Below are positions 13,545 through 25,582 of a stretch of 64,000 bases of DNA, one piece after another. Each line of letters starts with the position of its first letter. Within the stretch, counting starts at the first letter, position 1. Both the position numbers and the translations under genes were made by a program. This DNA is from Mytilus edulis (Eukaryota), in contig NC_092355.1 in assembly GCF_963676685.1 (NCBI RefSeq), forward strand, positions 72,850,001-72,914,000. The letters are read 5' to 3'. Under the pieces are notes generated by a model. That model ran no database searches. It worked only from the letters and a program-made list of their open reading frames with translations, and was not told the origin of the DNA.

Positions 13545-13852
13545 TAACGAATATGTTCCTTATGTCGTAACAATAATACCCTTCATTTATCGACGAATGT
13601 GACCTACAGAATTAGACTATTTACCAGATTTGTAACAACATAAGCACCACGACGGGTGCTACATGCGGAGCAGGATCTGCTTACCCTTCTGGAGCACTTA
13701 AGATCACCCCAGGTGGATTCGTGTTGCTACATGTAAGTCTTGAATTTTGCTATGTTTTGCCTGTTTTTTTGTAATTTTTTGCCATGGCGTTGTCAGTTTA
13801 TTTTCAATCTATGAGTTTGACTCTCCCTCTGGTAATTTTCTTCCCTCTTTTA
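13545..13852 (+). repeat. High-copy repeat, probably the 3' region of a Penelope-like element
   Basis: ggagcaggatctgcttacccttc...gttgtcagtttattttc block; copies at about 15480-15650, 17580-17832, 23510-23686 and, reversed, 28410-28665, 29380-29570, 44310-44490, 58413-58610. It follows the RT remnant at 15096-15396. Confidence 0.65.
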
Positions 13853-14320
13853 TGTAGAAAACCGTGGATTGAAGCTGGTTTTATAGCTAGGTAAACCTCT
13901 CACTTGCATGACAGGTGAATCCATTGTATTGACCACGAAACAAACAGACACAATATGTAAACATAGGGGTACAGAGTCAACATTGTGTTATAATCATAAT
14001 CACTTTTAAAAAAACAAATGTAACAATGAAGCACAAAAAGGCCTTCATCAAATTTTACAACCTCATTCATTGCTTACATTGACAAAGATTTTTGCCCAAA
14101 ATGTGTGTATGCGTTAACTAATATTTACAAAATTGAAAGGATTCGGTACTGGGTGTCTCAGTTGCTATTCCAACCGCAAAAGGATCTCAATGACCCTCTG
14201 ATCTGAAAGATATATTTGGTACATATATATCAATTAATCTACATTTATTAAGGAAATTATGACGGTTTTTTTATTCGCTGGAAAAATCGTATTAATTGGG
14301 AATATATAATCAATACTGCA

Positions 14321-15087
14321 TCTATAATACTAAAATAACGTGGTCAAATCTGTCTGCCGTCATGGGGTAAAAACGGCTAATCAAAGAATTCAACTTTATA
14401 TATAGCTAATATAGGACAATGGTGTTGATTAAAGATAACACTACTCCAAACCCTTTTTTTTTCAACATAACTAATATTGCCTATAATTAACACGTTCCGG
14501 GTCGAATCCGATACCGGTACCAAACGTATATTCACCTGTTACATATTCCCGCATACGTTCCGCATCTTTTAGGCGCACTTCCAAACGGTGTATTTTGGAT
14601 TTTGCTATATACACGGGTCATAATCACAGGGTTGACACTGCTCAATTCAATCATTGTCACATTGTTCCCTTTTGTAGTATTTTAATCAGTATGACAGTCT
14701 AAGATGACAATACGAATACTAAAAGTGTGGACTTAAAATAAGACGTATATGTACAGTTTTTCAATTTGTTTTTAAGTGAATGACGTAAAACAAGGAATCA
14801 AATAATTCAACTTTATTTATAACTCATATAGGAAAATGCTGTTGATTAAAAAATACTTCATACCAGGCCTTTTGTTTTTCAAATAATTAATATTTCCAAT
14901 AATTGATAAGTTCCAGTCGACGGGTTCAAACAGAAAGATTTTGAAAGCAGAGAAAACTGTACATCTTATAATCGGCATGGCTTTATCAGATGACAATACC
15001 AATACTGAAAAATACTAAAATAAGGCTTACACGTAGTTATATACTTTAATTCAGTCACGAATCCGCGATATCACGGGTGTGTTCTAT
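14321..15087 (+). mobile_element. Non-autonomous Helitron
   Basis: 5' a^TCTATAATACTAAAATAACG start; 3' hairpin ccgcgatatcacgg followed by a degenerate CTAG end (ctat) and t; internal duplication (about 14385-14500 vs 14790-14915). Confidence 0.65.
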
Positions 15088-15095
15088 TAGAAATG

Positions 15096-15396
15096 GAAGA
15101 TTGGTTTAAAACAAAAATTTACGACCAAAGAGATGATTTCAGCTTCCTAATTCTTAACTTTTCTATGTAGCAACAATCCAGCGGCGCCTGCATACGGAGT
15201 ATTTATCTCCTAAATGCAACTATATTCCCGGATTTGTATTTCCTATCATGATTTCTTTCATAGAGGATTGCTGCTCACAAGGAACCTTTTAAATCCTGAG
15301 TTCCAAATGGTGAAGTTGAAATCATTCCTTTGTACCTTTTACAGACGCCATCACTAATTGGTTGACCGTTATGGAATAACCATTTCACAGACGTAA
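15096..15396 (+). pseudogene. Penelope-like retroelement reverse transcriptase C-terminal (thumb) remnant
   Basis: Translates with one frameshift and stops to KIYDQRDDFSF..NF/FLCSNNPAAPAYGVFIS*..YSRIC..YHDF..RGLLLTRNLL..FYRRHH*LVDRY. Confidence 0.7.
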
Positions 15397-16956
15397 TCGG
15401 ATTTGTTTCATTAGTTTGTAACTACAATCCCCTTCCATTTCATGAATTGAACTTACCGATATTAGACGAGATTCTGAGATCGCCACCTGTTTTTTGGATG
15501 GGTTCGTGTTGCTTAGCCTTTATTATTCTATGTTGTATTTTGTGTACTATTATTTTTCTGTTTGTTTGTTTCCCTGTTAGCCATAGCTTTGTCAGATTAT
15601 TGTCGATCTATGAGTTTGACTAACCCTCTGATAACTCTCGTGCCTATTTTCCAAACTGGAATTATTCATTGAGAGAACATCATTTAAATGACGGAACCTT
15701 AAATCAGTAGATATTGCTTGCTTTTCATTCTTCCTGAAAATCTGTATGACATGTATAAATATACGAATATGTGGTATGACTGCCAGTTAGACAACTCTCC
15801 ATCCAAGTTACATTTTGTAGAAGAAAAACCATTATATACCATAGTCTTCAACACGAAGCACTGGCTTACACCAAACAGCAATTTGTAAAGGGCAAAAAAG
15901 TATAAAACCATTCAAACGGGAAAATCAACGGTCTAATCTATATATATAAAAAAGAAAAAAAGGAGAAACAAGAAACACTTAATGACCACATCAACAAACG
16001 ACAAACTACTGAACATGAGCTTCTTGGCTTAGAACAAGTGCAAACAAATACTGTGATATTAAACATTTTAATAGGTACAAACCCTCGCCCTTACCCGAAA
16101 CAAACGTATATAGAAAGACACACCATAAACTATCAATTGAAATAGATTAACTCAATAAAAGAACATATTGTCACAAGTGAACATACACTGAATGAAAAAA
16201 TGTATCTCTAATAAAAAATACAAAATACAAAATCAATAAAATAAAATAAGGGGTGAATATATAAAAACAACAGAAGTAAAAAAAAATAACAATCTGCTAA
16301 TAGATTCGTGCATGAGAGAGACATACATATATCAAATGTTTTGTGTTTATTTTTAGTGGTGAAATGTCAAGGCATCTAGGCACTATCTACCAGACTGATG
16401 ACAGCACAATGGAGCACTTTTTTTTGTTTGAGGAACCAGGTGTAATAGGTGTAAATAAGTCAAATATTTACATCTTAAATCTCTTTAACAAACGAAAACA
16501 TTTAAATTATGGTTTACTAACAAAACCCTTTAATGAAATAAAAGAAACAAGGCAAACCCAATTATGTACAATCAGAGCAGTCATTGCGACGGTGGAAGCA
16601 GAATGACTATTAGTCCTCAGTCGCTGTAACAAAATACTAGTCTTTCCTAGATTTAGATAAATGCAAATTGTCTGAGCGAAAGTCTTTTTTAAAAGATATG
16701 TTCTATGTTACCGTAAGCTGATCATCTAATGACTATTTCCTTCTTCTTGTTCATTTCATCGTTGAATAATTCATACGGTGAGTATCCCCCCTAAAATAGG
16801 GTGGAAGCGATGACTATACATTGTACGTATAAACGGGTGCAAATATCTGTCCAAGTTCATTGTGCAATTACATCGACTAATTGAAACTTTCGACGTGATA
16901 TTCGATACGTTTTCAATCTAACGATAACTTTAATTGTAAAAATCTTTCATATCGCC

Positions 16957-17153
16957 TCATGCTAGGAATGTCTTCACTGTACCTTTAACATACATTTTAC
17001 ATACAGGACATTTACGCATTGCCGGAGCACAATCTTTGCAACATACGATATGTCCGCATGGTAAGAAAGCGACAGTAGAGTCAAACTCTCTACAAACTTT
17101 ACACTGTCTTTGTTCTTGTAGCTGCCTATTTTCTTCCAAAATCAAATGAGTGT
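16957..17153 (-). CDS. Inhibitor of apoptosis (IAP/BIRC-like), last coding exon, RING finger
   Basis: Acceptor tttcag (AG at 17155-17154); CKVC..FLPCGHIVCCKDCAPAMRKCPVCKMYVKGTVKTFLA* is a typical IAP C-terminal RING; phase 1 matches the previous exon. Confidence 0.95.
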
Positions 17154-17903
17154 CTGAAAAAATCAATAGGAATAGAATCAATTAAGTAGTGAGAATATAA
17201 AATAAAGTTCCAAAATTCAAAATGTCCATCAATCTTCATACTCATTTTCATTTTCTGAATTATGTCACGATTTGAAAGAACCATATCTGGTTAGTTGCGA
17301 TTATATTTGATACAAATTTTTGCGTTATCAGTGAAATTAAATCATTTATATAACCAAGTGTGAAATCAAATTAAACTACTAATTTATAGTTTTTTTAAAA
17401 TTCTTTCGGTAGTATGCACATGGGAAATGTTGTTTTCGATTATTGTCTGTGTTTGAAATGGATAGCAACGTTCGATATTTGCAGTGTTTAGTCTTTAGAT
17501 AACAAAAGTAGTCCTAATCTGTACCGATACCGTGCCTAATATTCTCTGATTATGCTATTTATCTTACTGTGAACTATGATACCGGGTGGTGTATGCAGAG
17601 CAGATAATGTAAATCCTGTCGACGCAACATGTGTCGCTTCTTTTTTAGGTTCATGCAATTTCCGGATTTGGTTTTTTACCTTGATATTCGTGATTTGTAT
17701 TCTTTGGTTTTCTATGTTGTGTCATGTGTACTATTGTTTGTCTGTTTGTCTTTTTCATTTTTAGCCATGGAGTTGTCAGTTTGTTTTAGATTTGTGAGTT
17801 TGACTGTCACTTTCTTATCATTCGTCCCTCTTTTTGGACCTTTTTTTATTATAGCTCTTCATCTTTTATTTAAGCTTTGGATTTCAAATATTTTTGGCCG
17901 CGA

Positions 17904-17947
17904 GCATCACTGAAGAGACATGTATTGTCGAGATGCGCATCTGCTGC
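17904..17947 (+). ncRNA. Type I hammerhead ribozyme, core-mutated copy
   Basis: gcatca-CTGAAGA-GACA tgtat TGTC-GAGA (should be GAAA)-T GCGC A-TC^tgctgc; also one stem I mismatch. Confidence 0.7.
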
Positions 17948-18253
17948 AAGAAAATTGTTACCGTTAATTTTATTACTACCACTGGGTCGATGCCTCTGCT
18001 GGTGGACAATTAGTCCCCGAGGGTATCACCAGCCCAATAGCCAATACTTCGATACTGGCATGAAAATACGGATATTTTATGTTATTAAAATTTGCTGTTA
18101 CAAAATATTAGAAATAATTATAAATTAAGGAATGTATCTCCCTCATGCAAAGCTCTGATTCCTTTCACGGATTTGGCTATACTTTTTGGACCTTTTGAAT
18201 TATAGCTCTTCATCTTTTATTTAAGCTTTGGATTTCAAATATATTTGCCACGA

Positions 18254-18297
18254 GCATCACTGAAGAGACATGTATTGTCGAAATGCGCATCTGGTGC
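18254..18297 (+). ncRNA. Type I minimal hammerhead ribozyme, intact
   Basis: gcatca-CTGAAGA-GACA tgtat TGTC-GAAA-T GCGC A-TC^tggtgc; 6-bp stem I, 4-bp stem II, palindromic loop 3; predicted cleavage after 18291. Confidence 0.85.
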
Positions 18298-18606
18298 AAG
18301 AAAATTGGTTCCGTTAATTTTTTTACATCGGAAAAATTCTGTTTGTCTAATGATGATAATTAATTCTGTATTAAAGTACAAATTACACCCATAAGAGGGC
18401 TCAAGGAATGATAATTATCAATACAAAAGAGCACAGTTGTTTGTCAAAGGAATTCTGATTATGAGGTGATAAATGTGTTAAAAATGTAATAAAATATTAT
18501 TTCAGTAAAGCAATCAAGCATAAAGTTTATCATGGGTTATTAGCAATAATCACTTGTTGTTGATGGTTGTACTACGTTTATTGCTTGAATATTTTTACAC
18601 TCTTAC

Positions 18607-18741
18607 CATCAAAAGAATCGCCACCTATGCCTTCTGTTGTGATAGTTTCTGACACATTCAAAACTTCTGTTGTTTGGTTGTTGTCCTCTCTGAGGAGAAC
18701 ATTCATTATATCTGTTGCTGAAATATCTGAGAATCCTTCAA
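18607..18741 (-). CDS. IAP coding exon 3
   Basis: ttccag acceptor, gtaaga donor, 135 nt, phase 1-1; VEGFSDISATDIMNVLLRED completes the UBA-like region; missed by the ORF track. Confidence 0.85.
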
Positions 18742-19324
18742 CTGGAAAATGATATTGAACATTTGATAAAAGAACTTTAACAAACTGATTTTTTTTATCA
18801 ATAACCTTAATATCAAATACATTTAATTAAATTATGTTTTTGATTAAAAAAATTAAGTTCATTTATTTTAATGAATCAAAACACAAACAATGCCCATTCA
18901 AGTCCGCAAAATATATGATAAACCATTATTGGTGATCTTTAACTCGAGTCAGAGTAACAAGGCGGAATTTGTGATGTTAGTAATTGTTCTTCTGGAAAAC
19001 AAAACACTAATACATGGCATTTAATCATACCATTCAATAAACTCATCATAGATACCAGGACTAAATTTAGTATATACGCCAGTTCGTCTACAACAGACTC
19101 GTCAGTGAAGCTCGAATTCTAAAACGTTAAAAAGGCCAAATAAAGTACGAAGTTGAAGAGCATTGAGGACCATAATTCCTAAAAGTTTTGCCAAATACAG
19201 CTAAGGTAACCTGAAGTAGAAACGCCTTAGTATTTCAAAAATTTCTAAAATTTGTAAACAGTAAATTTGAAATTTTCATAGTTATTCAAATACTTTGATT
19301 CCTTACATTTCAATCATCATTTAC

Positions 19325-19694
19325 CTGAGTTGAGTCTCTGAATTTTATTTACAGCATCCATTACTTGTTGGCTGGTAAATCCCATCTCTATAACAGTTCT
19401 AGCTGCTATAGTTTGCAATATTCTTCGCTCTGTGTGTTCCATGTTTGTTGTGGAAACAGAATTACAAGTAATATTCACCCTAGATGTGACAGTGGTACTA
19501 TCATCAGTAACTGCTTGTATGCCCAATGATGAATTTGATTGTTCTAGTACTTGGTAATTTGGTGTGCACATATTACTCTTGTCCAAACCGGCCACAGAAG
19601 TGGAAGCCATGATTGTATTCCTATTAGATGTGACAGTTCGATCTTCTTTGTGGTTTTTAGGACTGTAGGTGCTGTTTTCGTTATCTTTTTGATC
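19325..19694 (-). CDS. IAP coding exon 2 (linker and start of UBA-like domain)
   Basis: ttttag acceptor, gtaaat donor, 370 nt open, phase 0-1; AARTVIEMGFTSQQVMDAV has the UBA MGF motif. Confidence 0.9.
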
Positions 19695-19735
19695 CTAAAA
19701 AGCCATAAAATAGTTATAAAATGTACAAAAAGTGT

Positions 19736-19781
19736 ACGCCAGGCGCGCGTTTCGTCTACATAGGACTAATCAGTGACGCTC
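19736..19781 (-). ncRNA. Hammerhead ribozyme relic (family 2), core-inactivated
   Basis: CTGATTA instead of CTGATGA and GCC instead of GTC at the cleavage triplet; sense to the IAP pre-mRNA, about 40 nt upstream of the acceptor at 19695. Confidence 0.7.
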
Positions 19782-20573
19782 ACATCAAAATATTTTGTAA
19801 GATCAAAGTTGAAGAGCATTGCGGGTCCCAAATTTCCAAAACGTTGTGCCAAATACCGTCTAGGTAATCTATGTCTGGGAATAACAAAACCAATAAAACC
19901 AGTTTTGTATAAGATATATACAGTTTATAAAATGATTTGAATTAATGCGCTAAAAATGAAAATTGAACTATATGAAAATATGCATGAAGATATAGGCAAG
20001 TAACATTTTCATAAAAAACGCTTAGTTAGTGACTTTAATGCACCCACCTAACACACAGCTGAATTTTGTTTATGTTATAGTATATACCTGAACTTCATTG
20101 TTTGGTTTGTCGTAAAAAAATTGTACGGTGCATTTTTTGTAAAAATTAAATTAAAATCGAAAAATAATTCCAAATTGAAAATGACCAACAGTTTTGAAGT
20201 GTGAAAAATTAACATGTAGCTTCATTTTCTGTTGTCACAATGCAAAAATACTGTTCGTTAAACATGTCACTATATAAAAAATACTTTTTAAAAATATCAG
20301 AAGTAATTTTTGCGAAAAAAAAATTATTCTTGTAACATTTTTGGATCTTTTTTTTTATAAAAATGATGCCAATTTTCATATTTTTTTCATCTCTAAGATA
20401 ATTTTGGTTTAAAACCCAAATTAAGGATGTTCGTATTATTCAAAAGTTCATTACTTGTTTAATATATATCTTTATCACTGTATTATTTTGATTTTTTACA
20501 ATTTTACACACTCCTTCTTTTCAATCAAATTTCCAAAATCGCTTTTTATGTTAATTTCCCTCAAGTTATCGCT

Positions 20574-20832
20574 ACTGATCCCCTACGGATCCATAGAGGG
20601 TTAGTAAAATTCATAGGGTAGGAAGCCGGATTTTCTTCACCCTCTATGGATCCATCGGGTGTCAGTTGTTATTCGTACAACAAATTTATAGCACGCTGGA
20701 CTTTTTCTGCTTCGTTTTGATAAAAACTAAACAATGAAACACAACAAAATCAATAGGTGACGTCACCATTAACGCGTCATGAACCCCCTATGAAATTTAC
20801 TAACCCCCTACGGTCTCATAGGGGGTCACTGC
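20574..20832. mobile_element. Small palindromic MITE-like repeat
   Basis: Inverted repeat 20574-20600 / 20640-20666 (ggatccatagaggg / ccctctatggatcc), related arm at 20784-20830; partial copy at about 56367-56424. Confidence 0.55.
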
Positions 20833-21984
20833 GTCAGGATTTAATAAATTTGTTTTTGCGAAGGAAAAATATATGCATTAGGGAACTTGTGCATGTACTG
20901 ATATCATTGTAACCCTATATGTTACACAGAATTATGTCAGTAACAGCGAAATATCAGGTATTGTTCCAGTAAAGCAAAAATTTCACAGGCTCAGTTTTTA
21001 AATATAAATTGCGGCTCTCTTATATTGTTAAAAATCACAAAATTGAAAATTTAATATTTATTATGAATTAGATTTCTTTCGTTTCTTTTCAAGAAATAGA
21101 TTATTCAAAATAACTCCTCCAGAATGACAAAAAAAACTATATTTAAGTTTAGGTCAACTAAACCCGCAAATTGATATTAGTTGATAAATATCTATATATA
21201 TCTAAACTTTGAAAACTGGTAGGAAATTAATCCTTGCATTTTTAACTGCAAACCTTTCGACTGCACAAATGTGAGTGAAAATAGATGCAGTCGATATAAA
21301 AAAAAATACGTTATGAAATTAAAGTGTTTGTAAAGTATAAAATCCCAAATGTCAAATAAGATATCACTATCATCATTATTATATCACCTAACTTTAGCTT
21401 GTAATCACGGCATTCTAATTTTGAATTTGGGTCAGTTTCACAACAAATCTTACGACTTAAGCTGGTCAGAAGTCATGAATAGTTCAGATTACTAACAATT
21501 AATCTTGTCTTAAAGTTTTTTTGTGAAACCGACTTCTGTATCAGAAGTTTGATTAACCTCATTTTGCAGCTATATATGTCGCGGGCAGGATTCCATTATG
21601 ATTGAATATCACAATATCACAGTGACCTAATTTTAGTTTATGGCCAACGTCTATTATATGATGCATATGCATACATGTACTTAGTTTGGAAAACCCAGGT
21701 TCAACGGTTCAAGAGATATCGACCGGACACCAACCAGACAAGCACGAAGCAAACGATGTTTAAAAAGTTGACGACTCAAATGTCAATGTCAATGTCAAAA
21801 TGAACTGATTTAATTTATGAAGAGCCACGTGCCATCCCATAATATATCTCTGAACTAAGTGTGTTTTACAGCAGTTCTATAGTTAAAAGCAATGCATGTT
21901 ATACTCGAAATTATTGGTTTTTGGATGAACTGTATATCTGTATACATGTATAACATTTCATTTTGTTCATTTTTATTTCCTTTG

Positions 21985-22385
21985 GTTACATCTTCTGACA
22001 TCAGACTCGGACTTCTCTTGAGTTGAATTTTAAATGTACGTATTGTTATGCGTTTACTTTTCTACATTGCCTAGAGGTATAGGGAGGGTTAAGATCTCAT
22101 AAACATGTTTAACCCCGCCGCATTTTTGCGCCTGTCCAAAGTCAGGAGCCTCTGGTCTTTGTTAGTCTTGTATTATTTTAATTTTAATTTTAGTTTTTGT
22201 GTACAATTCGGAAATTAGTATGGTTTTCATTATCACTGAACTAGTGTATATTTGTTTAGAGGCCATCTGAAGGACGCCTCATGGTGCGGGAATTTCTCGT
22301 TACATTGTAGACTTGTTGGTGACCTTCTGCTGGTTTTTTTTATGTGGTCTTTTTGATACATCCCCACTTCCATTCTCAATTTTAT
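21985..22385 (+). repeat. SINE-like interspersed repeat
   Basis: catcagactcggacttctc...gggtgcgggaatttctcg...tttccattctcaatttta; copies at about 54330-54725, 62480-62640 and reversed at 40545-41070 and 58685-58840. Confidence 0.65.
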
Positions 22386-24178
22386 AAGTTACCTGATTTA
22401 AATCGACACGGGCCGCAAACAAGTAAGGACTGACAGACGGACAGACTTAAAATGTGATTCATATATTCTCTTTAACTTTACTTGTGGTTGTATTAAACAT
22501 CTTAGATAGTGATTTCCGATCTTGACACGGCTTGTAGGCTGTTTACAAACCGGAGACTATTGTCACTGTTGATGTGACAAAGACGTATATTTTTTACTCT
22601 TTTTATTGCGTTGTTTTCTCTCCCTTTTACTATTTTTTACTTTTTTTATTATTTTATTTTGCATGGCACACGATCAATTATAGTTAACACATTAAAGGTC
22701 AAATATTTGTTATTACACGTCATTTTTGTAGAAAGTATTGTTTTATCTATAGCAGATTGAAAACGTCAAAATGTCTTCAATTTTCGCCAAATCATGAAAG
22801 ATTCAGAGATACGATAGCATAGTATCGTGTGAAGTAAAATTTGAATTAACTATATTTCAAGCTGCTTTAATGAAGACAATGATACTACAAAAGTGTTATT
22901 CTTTCATTTTTTACGAATGGCCTTTGATCCCAATTTTTAAAAATGCATCATATTTCACCTTTACGACCGGGAAAAATGGAATCTATACATGTTTTCCTTT
23001 CAAATGATATATAATATAGCTGTGTGTTAGATAGGTGCATTACAATTATGTTTAAGGTCTGAATGTCACTAGCCTAATAACATTAATAAATATAGTGATT
23101 AATATGACTGTTTAGGGCAGAAGGTAATTCATTTACGCAAATTTGCAAACAAGCTTGTTTATTTAGTCAATTCAAATATGTAATAAAAAATGAAAATACA
23201 TGTGCTACTTTAAGAAATAAATTTTGTCGATTTTGAGACATTTATTCAAAATTTGTTTTATTTAAATTTTTTCCTTTTCTACCCTTTGGATGGATACACC
23301 TACATGTAATTATAAAAACAAGTCGTTTTTTTTTGTAAAAACATTTTGGAAATTTTTCAAATTTAAGTATGCTCTAAATATGTATAACAATTCTTTAAAA
23401 ATAGTTGTATTTCATAAAAGCTTCGTGATGTTAGAAAAATATTGTCATTTTCTGCTGTAATGTAATTTATCTAATTAAAAAAAAATGGTACAAATTATCT
23501 TCAAACGTTACCTGAGATCACCCCTAGTTTTTGATGGGTTCGTGTTGCTTATTCTTTAGTTTTCGATGATGTGTCTTGTGTACTATTGTTTGTCTGTTTG
23601 TCTTTAAATTTTTTAGCCATGATGTTGTCAGTTTATTTTCGATTTATGAGTTTGAATGTCTCTCTGGTATCTTTCGTCCCTCTTTTATCAAACCTAATGT
23701 CATTTAAAATGAGGGGTCCATTACATGAAATTAAATAGACTGTGTTATACAAATCAGTTGAAAAAATGCCCTTTTTACCAATACAGAAAATATTAGCAAA
23801 GGAAACGTATTAAAAACTTGGCTAGTATATTTTAAATATACAGTCAGAAAGCGACAAGGTATTGGGATAACTATCATAACAGTACCAAAAAATATGTTAA
23901 AAATCTTAAAATTAAACGGTAGCAAAACCTGTTGCACAGAACAGGTGGATTAAGCAAATCATATTTTTGTTAAAACAATATGTTATTTTATAAAAATCAT
24001 GAAGTTGGGTCAGTTTGAAAAACTTTTTGAAAGATATAAAACAATATGCGCTCAATGTGAAAACCCTCACAAAATCACTCAATTATTCATATGCACAATT
24101 TATAAAAGACTTCTTTTCATTTGAAACAGACATTGTCTTTGTGTGCACATTAAATATAACATTTCAAAATAAGAATAC

Positions 24179-25144
24179 CATGTAATGCTTTTTCAAAACA
24201 GCTTGTATGAAGTTCTCTCCCTTGTTTTGTTTCAGGAAGCCACATTGCGGGAACCAGCGAGCATGCTCAACTAATGGGTCATCACCTGCATCCCAGTTTC
24301 TGAGTCCTCCGCCACAGTGGAAGCATCTAGTGTAGTCATGGTACCCAGCAAACAGAAAACCAGCTAATGCCATCTCACGTGGTGTTTGGTTTAAATATCT
24401 CGGCCATCCTTCAAATGAACTTATTCGCACTTGAAGGGGAGCATAGCTTACGTATCTTGGAATTTGGTTTTGAATACCAATATCCCGCTGATTATTACTA
24501 GAACCTTTTTCATAATTGCACGCTGTAGAATTATTCGTTTTACCAATATTATGTGAATTGTTTTTACAGTTACTGGTGGGATTTTTATCACTATAAGCAT
24601 TACTAGTATTGCTTTGGGACCATTGAGGCGAAACGATAGTAGGTTGATCTTCCACAATATCATGATGGTGAAAATGTCTATCGGAGGACGTAATATCACC
24701 TATATCAGTATGTTTCTGTTCGCTGGTTAAAACGTTTGATAAACAATTATTTTCATTTGAGTGCAACGTATCATGGACTGATGATAGAACATTGAGATTA
24801 AATGGTTGTACTTCCAATCGCTCCCGTCTTCTTACATTTTGCAATTTCTCACCAATAGTGTCCTGCCTGTTACTATTCACAACGAGGTCACATGAAGGAG
24901 ATATTTGTCTATGAATATGCATAGGATCATCACCGGAAATCCAATCACGGTACATAACTTCACATACAAAACATTTAGTCTCAGTAGAATTCCCCGTAGA
25001 ATAAAATCCAGCTCCGGCAAGACGAACCATACTTATGTTTATATTTCGCGGAAAATTACGTAGTGAAAATAGTCGTAGCATTTCAGTTGACATCGAGTCA
25101 TTAGTTCTTCTACCGTTTGCAATGCAATCAAAGTACGTATCCAT
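24179..25144 (-). CDS. IAP coding exon 1, two BIR domains
   Basis: First ATG at 25144 (MDTYFDC), in-frame TGA upstream; BIR1 RLFSL..GFY..CFVC-x16-H-x6-C; BIR2 RISSFEGWP..AGF..CFHCGGGLRNW..DDPLVEHARWFPQC; phase-0 donor at 24178. Spliced CDS 966+370+135+197 = 1668 nt = 555 aa. Confidence 0.95.
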
Positions 25145-25548
25145 GTTATTAAGCCTTATCAATAGAGAGGTACAGAATCTCAAAAGATCACCAAACGCAT
25201 CAGTTTTCCCTGTAATGTTTTGTTTGTCCAAATGCTTTGATGTCTCTCTTCAGTTGATATGATAATAATTCTAACATAAAAACAGAAGTACAAGCATTGA
25301 TTACAAATCGTACAAGAGCTATCTTTTTTTTTTAAATTATCTGTTTAAAAACAGAAACTTCTGGCTATCTACTCGGTTCATGTTTGTAAATTTATATTTC
25401 TTTGTTTATAGCACAAAACTCAGTCAAAGTCCTGTGACGAGGTTTTTTATTGTGTGTATTTTAAGATAATTTACATGTCTACACTGTTAATCTCTTTGAT
25501 AAACACTGCGCAGAAGATTTACTATAACAATGTCTGTAAACGCTATAC

Positions 25549-25582
25549 CTGCAGCAGCCTTCCATGACGGCTTCGATGATTG
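25549..25582 (-). other. Putative 5' UTR mini-exon of the IAP gene (contains an upstream ATG)
   Basis: Pyrimidine-rich acceptor tctttttctttacag and donor CAG/gtatag; next acceptor ttttatgttag opens at 25270. Confidence 0.5.

Larger units (their letters stand above)
17831..18322 (+). mobile_element. Non-LTR retrozyme (family 1): about 1.4 tandem units of a 350-bp repeat with two hammerheads
   Basis: Direct repeat 17831-17970 vs 18183-18322; hammerheads at 17904 and 18254, exactly 350 nt apart; in the last IAP intron, antisense to the gene. Confidence 0.85.

Noticed and set aside
16343-16606. 87-aa plus-strand ORF after an AG
   Set aside because: No recognisable domain or partner exons; the region fits the IAP 3' UTR on the minus strand (AATAAA at 16351-16346).
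25145-25231. TTG-initiated start of the 355-aa BIR ORF, and its VFLF* end at 24164-24178
   Set aside because: Eukaryotic gene: the first ATG is 25144 and the frame leaves by the donor at 24178.
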